Of a stretch of DNA of 64,000 nucleotides, positions 1 through 9,811 are shown piece after piece. The notes below the pieces were generated by a model. The model made no database searches. It saw only the letters and a list, made by a program, of their open reading frames with translations, and was not told the origin of the DNA. Where the stretch lies: assembly GCA_044229845.1 (NCBI GenBank), contig JBGASG010000009.1, forward strand, positions 135,269 through 199,268, read 5' to 3'. Made by a program: the position numbers and the translations under genes. How positions within the stretch are numbered: position 1 is the first letter of the stretch; every line of letters starts with the position of its first letter. The stretch comes from Candidatus Obscuribacteraceae bacterium (GTDB lineage: Bacteria > Cyanobacteriota > Vampirovibrionia > Obscuribacterales > Obscuribacteraceae).

Positions 1-60
1 CGTGACTGCAACTAATAAAGCAACGCCGCATACTGTTGATCTAAATGTAGTGCTCCTCAT
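1..60 (-). CDS. 5' end of a probable secreted protein, running off the window edge
   Basis: ATG at 60 on the minus strand with AGGAGG 9 nt upstream. Reads MRSTTFRSTVCGVALLVAVT, which is signal-peptide-like. Confidence 0.6.
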   Translation of the reverse strand, partial: MRSTTFRSTVCGVALLVAVT

Positions 61-96
61 TTCGGTTGCCCTCCTAGCACAGAGCGTCATGCCAAC

Positions 97-141
97 CATC
101 CTAGGAAATGGCTGTGTGGTCACTGTGTAAATTGTGGAGAG
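97..141 (-). promoter_or_regulatory. Putative response-regulator-dependent promoter (CTCCACA box + TAGGAT -10)
   Basis: 30/45 ungapped identity to 3101-3145, with the same 36-nt offset between CTCCACA and TAGGAT. Confidence 0.55.
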
Positions 142-185
142 AAAGTGAGGATTGCCGCCAAACTTAACACCGCTAAAATAGAGCG

Positions 186-3080
186 ATGGCTCGTCAGGTC
201 TTTATGAACTCTGCAATCCGACGTTTTCGTCCCACCAAACTGAGCGGGCTGTTTTTGCTGGCGATGCTGGCAGCGCCGGCTGCAGTTGCCGCTCCGCCTG
301 GCTTCGACCAGCACATGCAAAACGCGCTCCAGGCGATTGCCAAAAAGGACGCCGCCCTGGCTGACAAAGAAGTGGAGGCTGCCGAAAAGGCGCTGGGTCC
401 GACCAAGCCGGCAGACGAGTATTCCCAGCTCTTGCTGCAACGCGGATTAATTCGTGTAGCCTCTGGTCGACCAAAGGAAGCGGTCCCTTTCTATACGCAG
501 TCTATAAACACCCTCATAAAGGCATTTGGACCAAAGAGCAGCAAGCTGGGAATTCCGTACGCCATGAGAGGGCTTGCCTACTGCGACAGCGACGGTTACA
601 AGGAAGCCGCCGAAGACCTGGCCAGCTCGTTTGCCCTGATGCAGCCAGACAAGAGCAACCAGGCGCCGATATATCTGCGCGAGCTGGCAAGTCGGGTGAC
701 CCCAATCAGAATAAAACTTGGTGGCGGTCCATTAATCATGCCGATGCTGGTCAATGGCATCGCCGCCATGGACCGCTGCGGATTGGGAACCGCCCGAGAA
801 ACTGGTTCTCTGATCACGATGCTGGGTGATACTTACAAAGCTGAAGGGAAAATCCAGGAGGCTGAAGCGAAGTTTCGCAAAGCGATTGAAATTTTTGCCG
901 CTGCCAAGGCAGACGACGACGAATTAAGTCTGCGACTGGCCCTTGCCGCCCTCTACGAGGATCAGGGGCGATTCGCCGATGCGGACGAACAGATCAAACC
1001 AGCGCTGGCGATTGCTGATCGTGTGTTTGGAGCTAAAAGCACTCAAGCAGCCAAGGTGCTCGAGCGCCAGGGCATTTTATATTGCAGCTGGGGCAAAGTA
1101 ACCGAGGGCGAAGCGAAACTAAAGAAAGCACTGGTGGTGCTTGAAAAAGATCCTAACAACCCTGAGCAGATGTTCTGTTGGATGGGACTGAGCTCGGCCG
1201 CGCAGTCTCGCGGCGACCTGGCTGAAGCGGAAAATGCCATGAAGCAGGCGTTCGCCTTTGCAGAGAAATCGACCAACATTCTTCCTGAAGATGCAAGCAC
1301 TGTCGATAACGCCATGGCCGATGTGCTGATAGCGCGCAATAAGTATGTTGAGGCCGAGGCGGTGCTCAACAAGTCGCTGCAAACGGCGCAGAAGGTAGCC
1401 GCCGAGAGCCCGCTGGTGGCAGATGCCTATGCGTCGCTCGCCAAATTGAATTTGTCGCAGGGCAAATACAAGGAAGCCGAAGACTACATCATGAAAGCCC
1501 TGATTATGCGGCGCAATCTTTTTGGCGACATCAATCGTCTGGTGGCGCGAGACTTGCGTCGCGGGGCTTTGATCTATGACGATCAGAAACTGTTTACCAA
1601 ATCAGCCCCCTGTTATGACCTGTCGCTGCAGATTCTCAACAAAGTCGCGCCCGAAAATGATTTCGATAAAATCAGACTCTTAGAATGCTGGGGGCTGAGC
1701 GAAAACGCGCAAGCCAAATATTCCGACGCCGAGAAACGCATGCTGCAAGCCGCTGCAATGGCGGAGGTCGTGTTCGGCAAAGACTCTCGCGAATCGCTTT
1801 CTTATGTAGAGCTACTGGGAAAGAACGACTTTGACGCTGGTAAGTATGAGCAGGCAGAAACTCGCCTGCTGCAAGTGCTGACGAAACTGGAAAAACTTGA
1901 CGGACCTACTTCTCCGTCGCTGGGCAGCGTGCTCACTCACCTGTTGCACACCTACAACGAAATGGGCAACGCCACCATGGCGCAGGAGATACAGGCGCGC
2001 CTCGACAAGATCAAGGGCGCCCTGCCTGGTGCACCGCCGGCGGTGGTGAAAGCCAATCCGGTCATTACTGATGTGGCCGAGATGCCAAAATCCGGCAAGC
2101 CTGTGGCAAACAAGTGGGCTGTCGTGATTGGTATCAGCAACTTCCGCGACTCCTCAATCAACCTGAAGTATGGAGCAAAAGATGCGAAAGACTTCGCCAA
2201 TTTTCTGGTCGCTGAGCAAAACTTCAAACCTGAGAACGTCAAACTGCTGATTGACGAGAATGCCAATCGCATGAACATCGCCGATGCCCTTGGCGAAGGC
2301 TTTCTGGTCCGAAACGCGCGGGAAGACGACCTGGTAGTGATTTTCGTTTCCAGCCATGGTGGCGCCGATATCACCAAGTCGTCAGGAAGAAACTTTTTGT
2401 GCTCCTATGAATCAAACGCGCAAAATCTTCTTATGACCGGCATCACGATGGAATGGTTCTCCCAGTATCTGACCGACCGCGTTCCGGCTCAGCGCGTGGT
2501 TGTCTTCCTTGATGTCTGTCACAGCGGCGCGATCACCGGCGACAAAGGATTGACTCGCGAGCAGCAGAGCTTCGATGTTTTGAGCAGTGCACCGGGGCGC
2601 GGACAGATCTTTATCGCCTCCAGTTTGTCCAGCCAGCTTTCGTGGGAGTCGAAGCGCTACGAAAATGGCGTGTTCACGCATTCACTAATGGATGCCCTGC
2701 GCGCCAACGGGCGGCAGACAAAGTTGAGCGAAGCTTTCGACCGGTTGCGTAAGCAAGTCGAAGACGAGGTCCTCTCCGACCGCCAACAAATGCAAACGCC
2801 GCTCATGAAGCGAACCTGGAACGGCGATGACCTACGCCTTTCCGAAGCCTCCGGTACGATGCTCGTCAACACGGGGGCGGCGTCACCATCGGCCCAGCCA
2901 GTCATCCCCACGGCCATGCCGGCGTCCAATACCGCCGCACCTGTGCCCAATGCCAATCTAATTTTTCAACCCTCCGCGTCCTCTCAGCCAACGGCTGTCC
3001 AGGCTCCGGTGCGCCGATTGCCAGCCCGGGCGCCCGTTCTTAAGGTGCCGCCGGTGCCCGGCAGCCAGGACGATTTCTAA
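186..3080 (+). CDS. Signal-peptide TPR-repeat protein with C-terminal caspase-like (peptidase C14) domain
   Basis: N-terminal hydrophobic signal and many TPR-like helices. The C-terminal domain has KWAVVIGIS, SSHG (His) and DVCHSG (Cys), followed by a Pro/Ala-rich tail. Start may be a few codons later. Confidence 0.85.
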   Translation: MARQVFMNSAIRRFRPTKLSGLFLLAMLAAPAAVAAPPGFDQHMQNALQAIAKKDAALADKEVEAAEKALGPTKPADEYSQLLLQRGLIRVASGRPKEAVPFYTQSINTLIKAFGPKSSKLGIPYAMRGLAYCDSDGYKEAAEDLASSFALMQPDKSNQAPIYLRELASRVTPIRIKLGGGPLIMPMLVNGIAAMDRCGLGTARETGSLITMLGDTYKAEGKIQEAEAKFRKAIEIFAAAKADDDELSLRLALAALYEDQGRFADADEQIKPALAIADRVFGAKSTQAAKVLERQGILYCSWGKVTEGEAKLKKALVVLEKDPNNPEQMFCWMGLSSAAQSRGDLAEAENAMKQAFAFAEKSTNILPEDASTVDNAMADVLIARNKYVEAEAVLNKSLQTAQKVAAESPLVADAYASLAKLNLSQGKYKEAEDYIMKALIMRRNLFGDINRLVARDLRRGALIYDDQKLFTKSAPCYDLSLQILNKVAPENDFDKIRLLECWGLSENAQAKYSDAEKRMLQAAAMAEVVFGKDSRESLSYVELLGKNDFDAGKYEQAETRLLQVLTKLEKLDGPTSPSLGSVLTHLLHTYNEMGNATMAQEIQARLDKIKGALPGAPPAVVKANPVITDVAEMPKSGKPVANKWAVVIGISNFRDSSINLKYGAKDAKDFANFLVAEQNFKPENVKLLIDENANRMNIADALGEGFLVRNAREDDLVVIFVSSHGGADITKSSGRNFLCSYESNAQNLLMTGITMEWFSQYLTDRVPAQRVVVFLDVCHSGAITGDKGLTREQQSFDVLSSAPGRGQIFIASSLSSQLSWESKRYENGVFTHSLMDALRANGRQTKLSEAFDRLRKQVEDEVLSDRQQMQTPLMKRTWNGDDLRLSEASGTMLVNTGAASPSAQPVIPTAMPASNTAAPVPNANLIFQPSASSQPTAVQAPVRRLPARAPVLKVPPVPGSQDDF

Positions 3081-3090
3081 ATTTAAAGCG

Positions 3091-3145
3091 TCTCCCAAGT
3101 TTCTCCACATTTTTCATCGTCGCTCCACCAGCTCTCCCTAGGATG
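3091..3145 (+). promoter_or_regulatory. Putative promoter of the pqqD-like operon with phased CTCC(A/C) direct repeats
   Basis: CTCC repeats at 3092, 3103, 3123 and 3134 (about one helical turn phasing), TAGGAT at 3139-3144, then a small hairpin and an AGGAG RBS. Confidence 0.55.
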
Positions 3146-3185
3146 TACGGTGTGGCGGTCGAATGCCGCCTGCAGGAGAAGGGAT

Positions 3186-3458
3186 ATGCAGCAAAAAGTA
3201 AATGACGTGCTGAGCAGAATAAACGTCGGCGAGCGGCTGTCCAAGCTGGCTGTCAGTTCGACGGGCTTCGTTTTCGACCCGCAAACCGGACAGAGTTTCA
3301 CACTGAACCACAGCGGTCTCACCGCCCTTGATGCTTTGAAGCGCACCGCGTCCACCGAGTATGCGGCTCGAGCGTTAGCCGATACCTACAAGATTCCGCT
3401 GGAGATAGCCGAGACCAGTCTCGACGCGTTTCTGGTGCAACTGGGGAGATATCTTTAA
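3186..3458 (+). CDS. PqqD-family / RRE-like small protein
   Basis: ATG at 3186 after AGGAGAAGGG. Pattern LAVSSTGFVFDPQTGQSFTLNHSG...ALADTY..P.E.A...LDAFLVQL is typical of the PqqD winged-helix fold. 90 aa. Confidence 0.75.
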   Translation: MQQKVNDVLSRINVGERLSKLAVSSTGFVFDPQTGQSFTLNHSGLTALDALKRTASTEYAARALADTYKIPLEIAETSLDAFLVQLGRYL

Positions 3459-4577
3459 ATGACGACGACAATCAATATTAATCGCACGTGGAAGCATTTC
3501 AATGTAGCCATAACCGGAGTCAATGCCAGAGCCGACAGTCCCGGTCCGGGGTGCGCAGTTGCCCGCTGTATCAGAGAGCACCGCGCGTTTCGCGGGAGAG
3601 TGATCGGTCTGGGCTATGATGTACTCGATGCCGGACTGTACGCCAGAGATCTCTGCCACGCAGGCTATCTGGTGCCTTACCCCTCCGCCGGGCAGGAAGC
3701 ATTACTCGAGCGCATCAAAGACATACATGCGCGCGAGGGTCTCGATGTAATCATTCCCTGTCTGGATGCCGAAATCCAGAACTTCATCGGCATCAGACCG
3801 GAACTTACCCGCATGGGCATCCAAATGCTGATTCCCAGCCGCGATCAATTTATGCTGCGCGCCAAGGATCATCTTGATGCCTTCTGCAAATCGATCGGAG
3901 TGCTCGCTCCCGAGAGTCGCACACTAACAGATCCGCAATTCTTCGACACCTGTGAGAGCGATGGATGGCAATATCCCTTGATCATCAAAGGCATCTTTTA
4001 TGATGCAACGGTGGCATACAGCGCCGTTGACGCCAAGGCGATCTTCCACCGCATGGTTCATTCCTGGGGCTATCCGGTGCTGGTGCAGAAGATCATTCCC
4101 GGCGATGAATTTGACCTGGCTGGCATAGGGGATGGTAACGGTGCGCTGATCGGCGCAGTAACGATGCGCAAGCGCGCCCTTACTGAAAAAGGAAAGGCGT
4201 GGGCGGGGGTAACTGTTGTAGACGAGGCGATTGCGGAGGTGGCGGAAAAACTGGTTCGCGCTCTCAGTTGGCGCGGACCGCTGGAAGTAGAAGTGATGAA
4301 AGGAGAAGACGGAAAGATATATTTGATAGAGATAAATCCGCGTTTTCCTGCCTGGATCTATTTAAGTCATGCTGCTGGAAGAAACCTGCCGGTGGCGCTG
4401 CTCAAAGTTCTATCCGGCGACGAAAATCTCGAATTGGCAAAACCGAACACCGGCACATTTTTCATCCGCTACGCACAGGAAATTATTGTGCAGCTGCCGG
4501 AATTTGAATCGATGTTTGTCGATGGTTTTTCTGCGCCCGAAAATGACGCGCTGACGGCGACAACCCGATCTGCGTAA
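3459..4577 (+). CDS. ATP-grasp ligase (carboxylate-amine ligase) of unknown substrate
   Basis: DVIIPCLDAE, YPLIIKG, VLVQKIIPGDEF and YLIEINPRF motifs. Starts immediately after the pqqD-like stop codon. Confidence 0.85.
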   Translation: MTTTININRTWKHFNVAITGVNARADSPGPGCAVARCIREHRAFRGRVIGLGYDVLDAGLYARDLCHAGYLVPYPSAGQEALLERIKDIHAREGLDVIIPCLDAEIQNFIGIRPELTRMGIQMLIPSRDQFMLRAKDHLDAFCKSIGVLAPESRTLTDPQFFDTCESDGWQYPLIIKGIFYDATVAYSAVDAKAIFHRMVHSWGYPVLVQKIIPGDEFDLAGIGDGNGALIGAVTMRKRALTEKGKAWAGVTVVDEAIAEVAEKLVRALSWRGPLEVEVMKGEDGKIYLIEINPRFPAWIYLSHAAGRNLPVALLKVLSGDENLELAKPNTGTFFIRYAQEIIVQLPEFESMFVDGFSAPENDALTATTRSA

Positions 4578-4591
4578 GCGCTCGGATCGAA

Positions 4592-4619
4592 CACGCGAAA
4601 AACATCAGCTGATCGCGTG
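4592..4619. repeat. 28-bp dispersed palindrome, copy 1
   Basis: CACGCGAAAAAC-ATCA-GCTGATCGCGTG, in an intra-operon spacer. Confidence 0.8.
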
Positions 4620-4639
4620 CCTGCGTTGGGGAGGATTGT

Positions 4640-6094
4640 ATGAGTATCGAACCTGTTACCACCACTTGGGAACCGCCGTATATTCAGCCGCACCGCATCG
4701 GTGCCGCCAATAAGTTCGGCAACCGCACCGTGAGAGATGACGTGACGCACAATGTATTTGGACTGCCGATCAATGATTTGATCGAGCGTTTTGGCTCGCC
4801 GCTGTTCGTCACTTCAGAACACCAGTTGCGGGCAAATGTGCGCCGCATCACGCGAGCTTTCGAACGTCGATACAGCCCGGTTGTGCACGGCTGGTCCTAC
4901 AAGACCAACTATATCAGTGCCATCTGCAACATCCTGCATCAGGAGGGCTCGTGGGCCGAGGTGGTCTCGGCTTTCGAGTATGAAAAAGCGAGAGCTCTGG
5001 GTATGCCTGGACATCGCATTATTTTCAACGGACCAAATAAGGGGCGAGCGATCTTAGAACGTGCCATCGCCGAAGGTGCGCACATTCACATAGATCACAT
5101 GGACGAGCTAAAACTGATCGAAGCCATCGCCGAAGAGCAGGATCGCATCGTGCAGGTGGCGCTGAGGCTGAATTTCGATACCGGTTATACGGAGCCGTGG
5201 AGCCGCTTTGGCTTTAACGTCGAAAATGGACAGGCCCATCAGGCCGCTAAGATGATCGCGCTCAGTCCGCATCTGCGACTCAACGGATTGCACAGCCATA
5301 TCGGCACCTTCGTCCGCGAACCGCGAGCATACGCCGAGCAAGTGAGGGTGATGTGCGCGTTCATGCGCGAACTGGAAACCTCGCAGCACATAACTATCGA
5401 AAATATCGATATTGGCGGCGGGCTGCCCTCGCGCAATGCCTTGCAAGGAGTCTATCTTCCTCCCGAACAGGCTATCCCCGACCTCAATGAATACGCCGAT
5501 GCCATTTGCGATGCACTCGTCGAACGCACCGCATATCGCAAAGAATTGAACAAGCCATTGCCGCGTTTGATTTTTGAAAGCGGACGGGCCGTAGTTGATG
5601 ATGCGCAAGTTTTGATTGCGACAGTCGCCGGCACGAAACGACTGCCTGACGGCCGTCGCGCCGCCATACTGAATGCCGGCACCAACTTGATGTTCACCGC
5701 CTACTGGTACAACCATCAGATCAAGATAACTCGCGAACCGACAGGCAGCTACGAAGATACAGTGCTCTACGGACCGTTGTGTATGAATATCGATGTGGTG
5801 CGCCACAGCGTCTACCTGCCGCCGCTGAACGCCGGCGATCACCTGGTAATCAGTCCGGTCGGTGCCTACAACAATACGCAGTGGTTGCAATTCATCGAGT
5901 ATCGACCAAATGTGGTGCTGGTCCAGGAGGGCGGTGAGTGTTCCGTCATTCGTCGCGCCGAAAATCTGGAATCGATGATGTCCCACGACGAACTGCCTGA
6001 GCGGCTGCGCGACCCATTCGCCAACCTGAGCACCAGTGACATGCAGCAGATGCGCACGTGCTCCGACTTGCGCGGCGCCAGAGAAAGAATTTAG
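4640..6094 (+). CDS. Fold-type III PLP-dependent decarboxylase (DAP decarboxylase/BtrK-like)
   Basis: WSYKTN (PLP lysine), HSHIG, DIGGG, ESGR, GPLCMNID and GAY motifs. GGAGG RBS. Confidence 0.85.
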   Translation: MSIEPVTTTWEPPYIQPHRIGAANKFGNRTVRDDVTHNVFGLPINDLIERFGSPLFVTSEHQLRANVRRITRAFERRYSPVVHGWSYKTNYISAICNILHQEGSWAEVVSAFEYEKARALGMPGHRIIFNGPNKGRAILERAIAEGAHIHIDHMDELKLIEAIAEEQDRIVQVALRLNFDTGYTEPWSRFGFNVENGQAHQAAKMIALSPHLRLNGLHSHIGTFVREPRAYAEQVRVMCAFMRELETSQHITIENIDIGGGLPSRNALQGVYLPPEQAIPDLNEYADAICDALVERTAYRKELNKPLPRLIFESGRAVVDDAQVLIATVAGTKRLPDGRRAAILNAGTNLMFTAYWYNHQIKITREPTGSYEDTVLYGPLCMNIDVVRHSVYLPPLNAGDHLVISPVGAYNNTQWLQFIEYRPNVVLVQEGGECSVIRRAENLESMMSHDELPERLRDPFANLSTSDMQQMRTCSDLRGARERI

Positions 6095-6110
6095 TTGCGA
6101 GGTCGATGAT

Positions 6111-8258
6111 ATGTTAAACCGGTTACTCGAAGGGTATGGTTCGTTTTTTGCACTCAACCATCCCGCCTCAAAATTTTTGATCTTCATTGCCGCTATGCTG
6201 CAGCCGCTCTCTGGGCTATTCGGTCTGGTCGGAGGCTTGAGTGTGATACTGGCCCGCAAGCTGCTCAACTTCCAATCCGAGACAGAACGAATTGAGACTG
6301 TCAACGGCATTCTTCTGGGCATGTTGATTGGTTCACTGTACGCGCCTGACTATCGCACCGTGCTTCTCACCATGTGTGGTGGCGCCCTGGTGGTTTTGAC
6401 CAGCGCCATTCTGACCGAAACCCTGGCCCGCCAGTATCGGCTGCCATTGCTAGGACTTCCCTATGGGCTCGCCGCATACATTCTCTTGCCGGTGGCCGCT
6501 AACCTGCGACTCGATCCAGCCATGCCGGCATACACATACTCTCTGCCCATGCTGCCGATTCAGGCCTTTCTCTGGCTGTATCCCATGGGCGCTATGTATT
6601 TCAACGGCACCACAATCGGGGGACTCCTGGTGCTCACCGCATTCGCTATATCTTCTCGGTATCTTGCCATCATCGCCGTCGGCAGTTCGATTCTCTGCTG
6701 CGCGTTCCTTGAGATATTGGCCGTGCCGTCCAATACGACACTATTTATGGTGGCACAAATGAACGGTGTCCTCAGCGCTTGCATTATCGGTGGGCTGTGT
6801 GCAACGCCCGGCAAACGCAGCCTGCTGGTAGCAGTATCAGCAGCTGCGTGCGCCTGTGTCCTTTCTTTGTGCCTGTCGCGGTTGCTCTGGGTTTTCGGGC
6901 TGCCGGTATTGGCGCTGCCGTTTGTGATTTCAACCTACGCCTGTATGCTTTCGCTCAACCCCGGTCGTGGGAAAGCGTGGACTTATTTCTGGTTGCCCGC
7001 GCCGGCGCTGCCTGAACGCAGCATGGAGCAGATAGAAACGGCCAAGGCTCGCGGTGTCGATGTGCGGAGCATAGCTCTGAAACCGCCGTTCGACGGTGAG
7101 TGGCAAATCTACCAGGGCTTCGGCGGCAAACACACGCACACCGGCAACTGGCAGTATGCCCTCGATTTCTTTCAGACTCAGGAAGAACGCAGCTTCTGGA
7201 CAGATGGACGCCTGCTTTGCGATTACTATGCATTCGGCAAACCGGTACTGGCACCAGCGTATGGCACCGTCATCGATTGCCGCAACGACTTACCTGATAA
7301 TCCACCAGGCGAGGTCGATGCCGTCAACAACTGGGGCAACTTCATCTTGATTCAGTTGGATTTTGGTCCATGTGTACTGCTCGCTCACCTGCAGAAAAGT
7401 TCTCTCAAAGTAGCACCGTACGCCCGCGTACATCCCGGACAGGTAATTGCATCGGTCGGCAACTCCGGCCGGTCGCCGCAGCCCCACTTGCATGTGCATG
7501 TGCAGGAGACGGCAATTATTGGAAGCAAAACACTGCCATTTCATCTGACGTCGGTGACGACCGTTGCCAGTGACGCACCAACCGACACGCGAAATACATT
7601 CAGTTTGCGTGCTTGCCCTAAAGAAGGCGATACGATTGCAACGCCGCGCCGGAATCCCGCAATTAAGCGTGCTTTGCGACTGATCGTCGGAACCCAGTTT
7701 CAATTTGAAGTGGCGCAGGCAAACGCCCCGACCGCCGTGTCGCGCCTCGAGGTCAAGCTGGACATCTATGGACAGTTCTGGCTCGAGAGCGCGACAGGCG
7801 CCAGGGTGGCTTTTGTTTGCAACGATGATTTCGTTGCCTTTTACAACCGTACTGGTCCCAAAGACATGCTTCTGGACGCATTGATCCTCAATATCGGATT
7901 GACTCCTTTTTGCGAAGGCGGTCTGGAGTGGACCGATGTGGCATCGCGGCGCTTACTGCCCATGAATAGTTTCACCCGACTGGCACACGCCCTCTGGCAT
8001 CCTTTGAAAGCCTGCGCTCTGGGCAAATTTCAACGCACTTGGGATCCTCTGACGCAGCTCTGGCATCAAACCTGCGAATACAGTTTAGGAGGCGACAAGT
8101 GGCGCACTCATGCGAAACTATGCGAGGCGAACGGACTCGTTTGCGTCTCGCTGTTCAAAAAGGGAGCACCGTTGCTTACAGCAAGATTGATCGGTTACGG
8201 CATTCGCGAAGACTATGGAATTCCGGAGCAGCAAACATCTCTGTTGGCAGCCGTCTGA
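6111..8258 (+). CDS. Urea-transporter-like membrane domain fused to M23 metallopeptidase plus C-terminal domain
   Basis: About 10 hydrophobic segments with urea-transporter-like repeats (NGILLG..LPLLGLPY; NGVL..LPVLALPF). M23 motifs H..G.WQYALDF, VLAPAYGTV, GN, AHL and GNSGRSPQPHLHVH. ATG 6111 follows GAGGT. Confidence 0.8.
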   Translation: MLNRLLEGYGSFFALNHPASKFLIFIAAMLQPLSGLFGLVGGLSVILARKLLNFQSETERIETVNGILLGMLIGSLYAPDYRTVLLTMCGGALVVLTSAILTETLARQYRLPLLGLPYGLAAYILLPVAANLRLDPAMPAYTYSLPMLPIQAFLWLYPMGAMYFNGTTIGGLLVLTAFAISSRYLAIIAVGSSILCCAFLEILAVPSNTTLFMVAQMNGVLSACIIGGLCATPGKRSLLVAVSAAACACVLSLCLSRLLWVFGLPVLALPFVISTYACMLSLNPGRGKAWTYFWLPAPALPERSMEQIETAKARGVDVRSIALKPPFDGEWQIYQGFGGKHTHTGNWQYALDFFQTQEERSFWTDGRLLCDYYAFGKPVLAPAYGTVIDCRNDLPDNPPGEVDAVNNWGNFILIQLDFGPCVLLAHLQKSSLKVAPYARVHPGQVIASVGNSGRSPQPHLHVHVQETAIIGSKTLPFHLTSVTTVASDAPTDTRNTFSLRACPKEGDTIATPRRNPAIKRALRLIVGTQFQFEVAQANAPTAVSRLEVKLDIYGQFWLESATGARVAFVCNDDFVAFYNRTGPKDMLLDALILNIGLTPFCEGGLEWTDVASRRLLPMNSFTRLAHALWHPLKACALGKFQRTWDPLTQLWHQTCEYSLGGDKWRTHAKLCEANGLVCVSLFKKGAPLLTARLIGYGIREDYGIPEQQTSLLAAV

Positions 8259-8278
8259 GGAGCAATAAAGCTCGATCG

Positions 8279-9811
8279 ATGAAGCTCAATATCGCGCACA
8301 AGTTGATGATGATTATGATGCTGACCACCGGAATTGTGGTCGGGCTGATCTTCGGATTGACGCGCTTCAGCATCCTCAGCGGCTTCACCAACTATGTTGA
8401 GCGCGTTGAACTGTCGACTCTCAGCACCTTTGCCGGCAATCTTGCCCGCCGGTATGAGCGAGGAGGCAACAGCTGGGATTTTGCACGAAACGACGAGTCG
8501 CAAATCTGGTGGATACTGGGCGCCAGCGAGATGAGCGATCTGCATCACAATGTTCCGCCACCGCCGGGGGAGCTACCAAACCCTCATCCCCCGCCTGGCA
8601 GCGGTCCGCCGCTCGAGGCACCGGGCGGCGGACCACCCTTCTTGCAATTTTTGGGTGCGCCGCCGGGCACCAAACCCGGCACCATGCCACCATCGTTTCC
8701 TGAACATCGAATGGCTTTCTTTCGCCGCATTGGTCTTTTCGACCAGAGCGGCAAAATAGTCTGGGGCAACCTGGCCTCCAGAAACAGCAAACAGATGCTG
8801 GCCCTGACCGCCGGCGGCAAACAGATCGGGTACCTGAAACTGGTGCCTAACGATTTGATGTCTAAAGATATCGAGGGACAGTTCATTGCCGAGCAGAGCC
8901 GCAACCTGTTGATCGTCAGCGCCGTGGCGTTTCTTGCCGCAGTTGGAGCTGCATTTTTGCTCTCTCACGATCTGGTGCGAGCCATAAACACTCTCGTGCA
9001 GGGTACCCGCAAACTGTCGACCGGCAATTTCGAGACCCGCATTTCACTCAATCGCGGCGACGAACTCGGTGAGCTTGCCGAAGACTTCAACAGCCTGGCC
9101 AACACGCTGCAGCAGCAGGACACTGCCAAGAAACAGTGGATCACCGACACGTCGCATGAACTGCGCACTCCGATCGCTATATTGCGCGCGCAGGTGGAAG
9201 CGTTTCAAGATGGTGTGCAACAAGTAAATCCTCGCACCCTGGAAATATTGCACAGCGAAATCATCACGCTGGGAAAACTGGTTGATGATCTGCATGACCT
9301 GGCGCGCTCTGATCTCGGACAGCTGCGTTATGATTTCGTGCCGGTCGATGTAGGGGTGGTTTTGCTGGATACGGTGGAAGCTTTCAATGAACGTTTCGCC
9401 AGCAAGAAGATCAAGCTGGATGCCAGTGCCGTCGCCGACTTGCATTGCATCGTGGAAGCGGATAGCACGCGGCTGACACAGGTGTTTTCCAATCTATTGG
9501 AGAACTCGCTACGATACACAAATGAAAACGGCGGTGTTAAGATCTCGTCCATGCAATTGCCGGGCGAGTTGGCTATCTATTTCGACGATTCTGAACCCGG
9601 TGTGTCGGCGCAGTCAATCTCACAGATTTTCGATCGGTTCTATCGCAGCGAAAGTTCACGCAATCGCAAGCATGGTGGTGCCGGGTTGGGGCTGCCGATC
9701 TGCAAAGCTGTCATTGAAGCGCATCATGGTACCCTGACCTCGACCCGCTCTCAAATGGGCGGTCTGCGCATCACTATCCGCCTGCCGTTGAAGGAGCTGT
9801 CCAAATGGTAG
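8279..9811 (+). CDS. baeS: BaeS-like sensor histidine kinase (2 TM, HAMP, HisKA, HATPase)
   Basis: TSHELRTP H-box, NLLENSLRY N-box and GAGLGL G-box. Pro-rich periplasmic region. Start re-set to ATG 8279. Confidence 0.85.
   Translation: MKLNIAHKLMMIMMLTTGIVVGLIFGLTRFSILSGFTNYVERVELSTLSTFAGNLARRYERGGNSWDFARNDESQIWWILGASEMSDLHHNVPPPPGELPNPHPPPGSGPPLEAPGGGPPFLQFLGAPPGTKPGTMPPSFPEHRMAFFRRIGLFDQSGKIVWGNLASRNSKQMLALTAGGKQIGYLKLVPNDLMSKDIEGQFIAEQSRNLLIVSAVAFLAAVGAAFLLSHDLVRAINTLVQGTRKLSTGNFETRISLNRGDELGELAEDFNSLANTLQQQDTAKKQWITDTSHELRTPIAILRAQVEAFQDGVQQVNPRTLEILHSEIITLGKLVDDLHDLARSDLGQLRYDFVPVDVGVVLLDTVEAFNERFASKKIKLDASAVADLHCIVEADSTRLTQVFSNLLENSLRYTNENGGVKISSMQLPGELAIYFDDSEPGVSAQSISQIFDRFYRSESSRNRKHGGAGLGLPICKAVIEAHHGTLTSTRSQMGGLRITIRLPLKELSKW

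Noticed and set aside
3081..3185. RiPP precursor peptide upstream of the PqqD-like gene
   Set aside because: No small ORF with an RBS; the space is occupied by promoter-like elements.
5108..6322. 404-aa minus-strand ORF
   Set aside because: Antisense shadow of the well-supported decarboxylase and transporter genes; no motifs.
7586..7611. Tenth copy of the 28-bp palindrome inside the transporter-M23 gene
   Set aside because: Good left half-site (CACGCGAAATAC), but the right half is 2 nt out of register; not counted.
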